A DNA stretch of 64,000 nucleotides from the human T2T-CHM13v2.0 reference genome, Homo sapiens, in contig CP068257.2 in NCBI GenBank assembly GCA_009914755.4, positions 24,992,001 through 25,056,000 of the forward strand, given 5' to 3'. The notes beneath the pieces are model-generated. The model was not told where the DNA came from and did not search any database. It saw nothing but the letters and a program-made list of their open reading frames with translations. Positions 63,560 to 64,000 of this stretch are shown here, piece after piece; the stretch's first letter is position 1; the number at the start of each line of letters is the position of its first letter. Position numbers and translations under genes: made by a program.

Positions 63560-63780
63560 TAGCACGTTCCTGTTCAACCTTTAAGCCTCTGGCTTACTTG
63601 CCTTCTTCCTGTGAAGCTCCATGGTATTGCACTCTTAACTGTGTTATGTCCCACTAGAATGTAATGTTTTTGAGGTCAGGAACTGTGCGTGTATGGTTTG
63701 TTGTTGTATATAATGTGCAGTATAATACCTGGTGCTTATTATGCATTCAGTTCATGTTTGTTAAACAAATGCATAGAATC
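63560..63780 (+). mobile_element. MIR-type ancient SINE 3' region
   Basis: Sequence 'gtgaagctccatggtattgcactcttaactgtgttatgtcccactagaatgtaatgtttttgaggtcaggaactgtgcgtgtatggtttgttgttgtatataatgtgcagtataatacctggtgcttattatgcattcagttcatgtttgttaaacaaatgcat' matches the same core-SINE tail consensus as the previous feature. Confidence 0.55.
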
Positions 63781-64000
63781 ATTGTCTTTAGGCACTACCC
63801 TACTTATAACGAATTGAAGAAATGATAAAATCCATTATTATTACAGCTATTTGTATGGTATAGAACAGACCTAATTTTCTATTATGTGATTTGGCTTCTG
63901 AAAATTTATTTACTCAATTCCTTTCTGTAGTTAGGTTCACATGCACCCATATTACATGAATATATTCATGCCATCTCAGAGATCATTAGGATGACAAAAA

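Overview
This window reads as primate, almost certainly human, nuclear DNA, not a prokaryotic locus. It is AT-rich and carries many diagnostic Alu SINEs, several with target-site duplications (TSDs). There are at least five L1 LINE fragments, three of them with twin-priming-style inversions. One Tigger2 (pogo/Tc1-mariner) DNA transposon is split by a nested L1. Three solo THE1/MST-type MaLR LTRs, several MIR-type ancient SINE tails and numerous microsatellites are also present. Every ORF longer than about 100 aa in the six-frame track is a degenerate L1 ORF2p or ORF1p fragment, or Alu or GC-rich L1 5'UTR sequence read in a spurious frame. I found no credible cellular protein-coding exon, no RNA gene, no CRISPR array and no operon-like gene cluster. 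I therefore report no novel biological system here. The points worth a second look are structural: nested and inverted retrotransposons, a young CpG-rich Alu, a GGAA microsatellite, a 120-bp tandem duplication, and a pair of unclassified dispersed repeat copies. All coordinates come from manual alignment and may be off by about 10 bp. Subfamily names are approximate.
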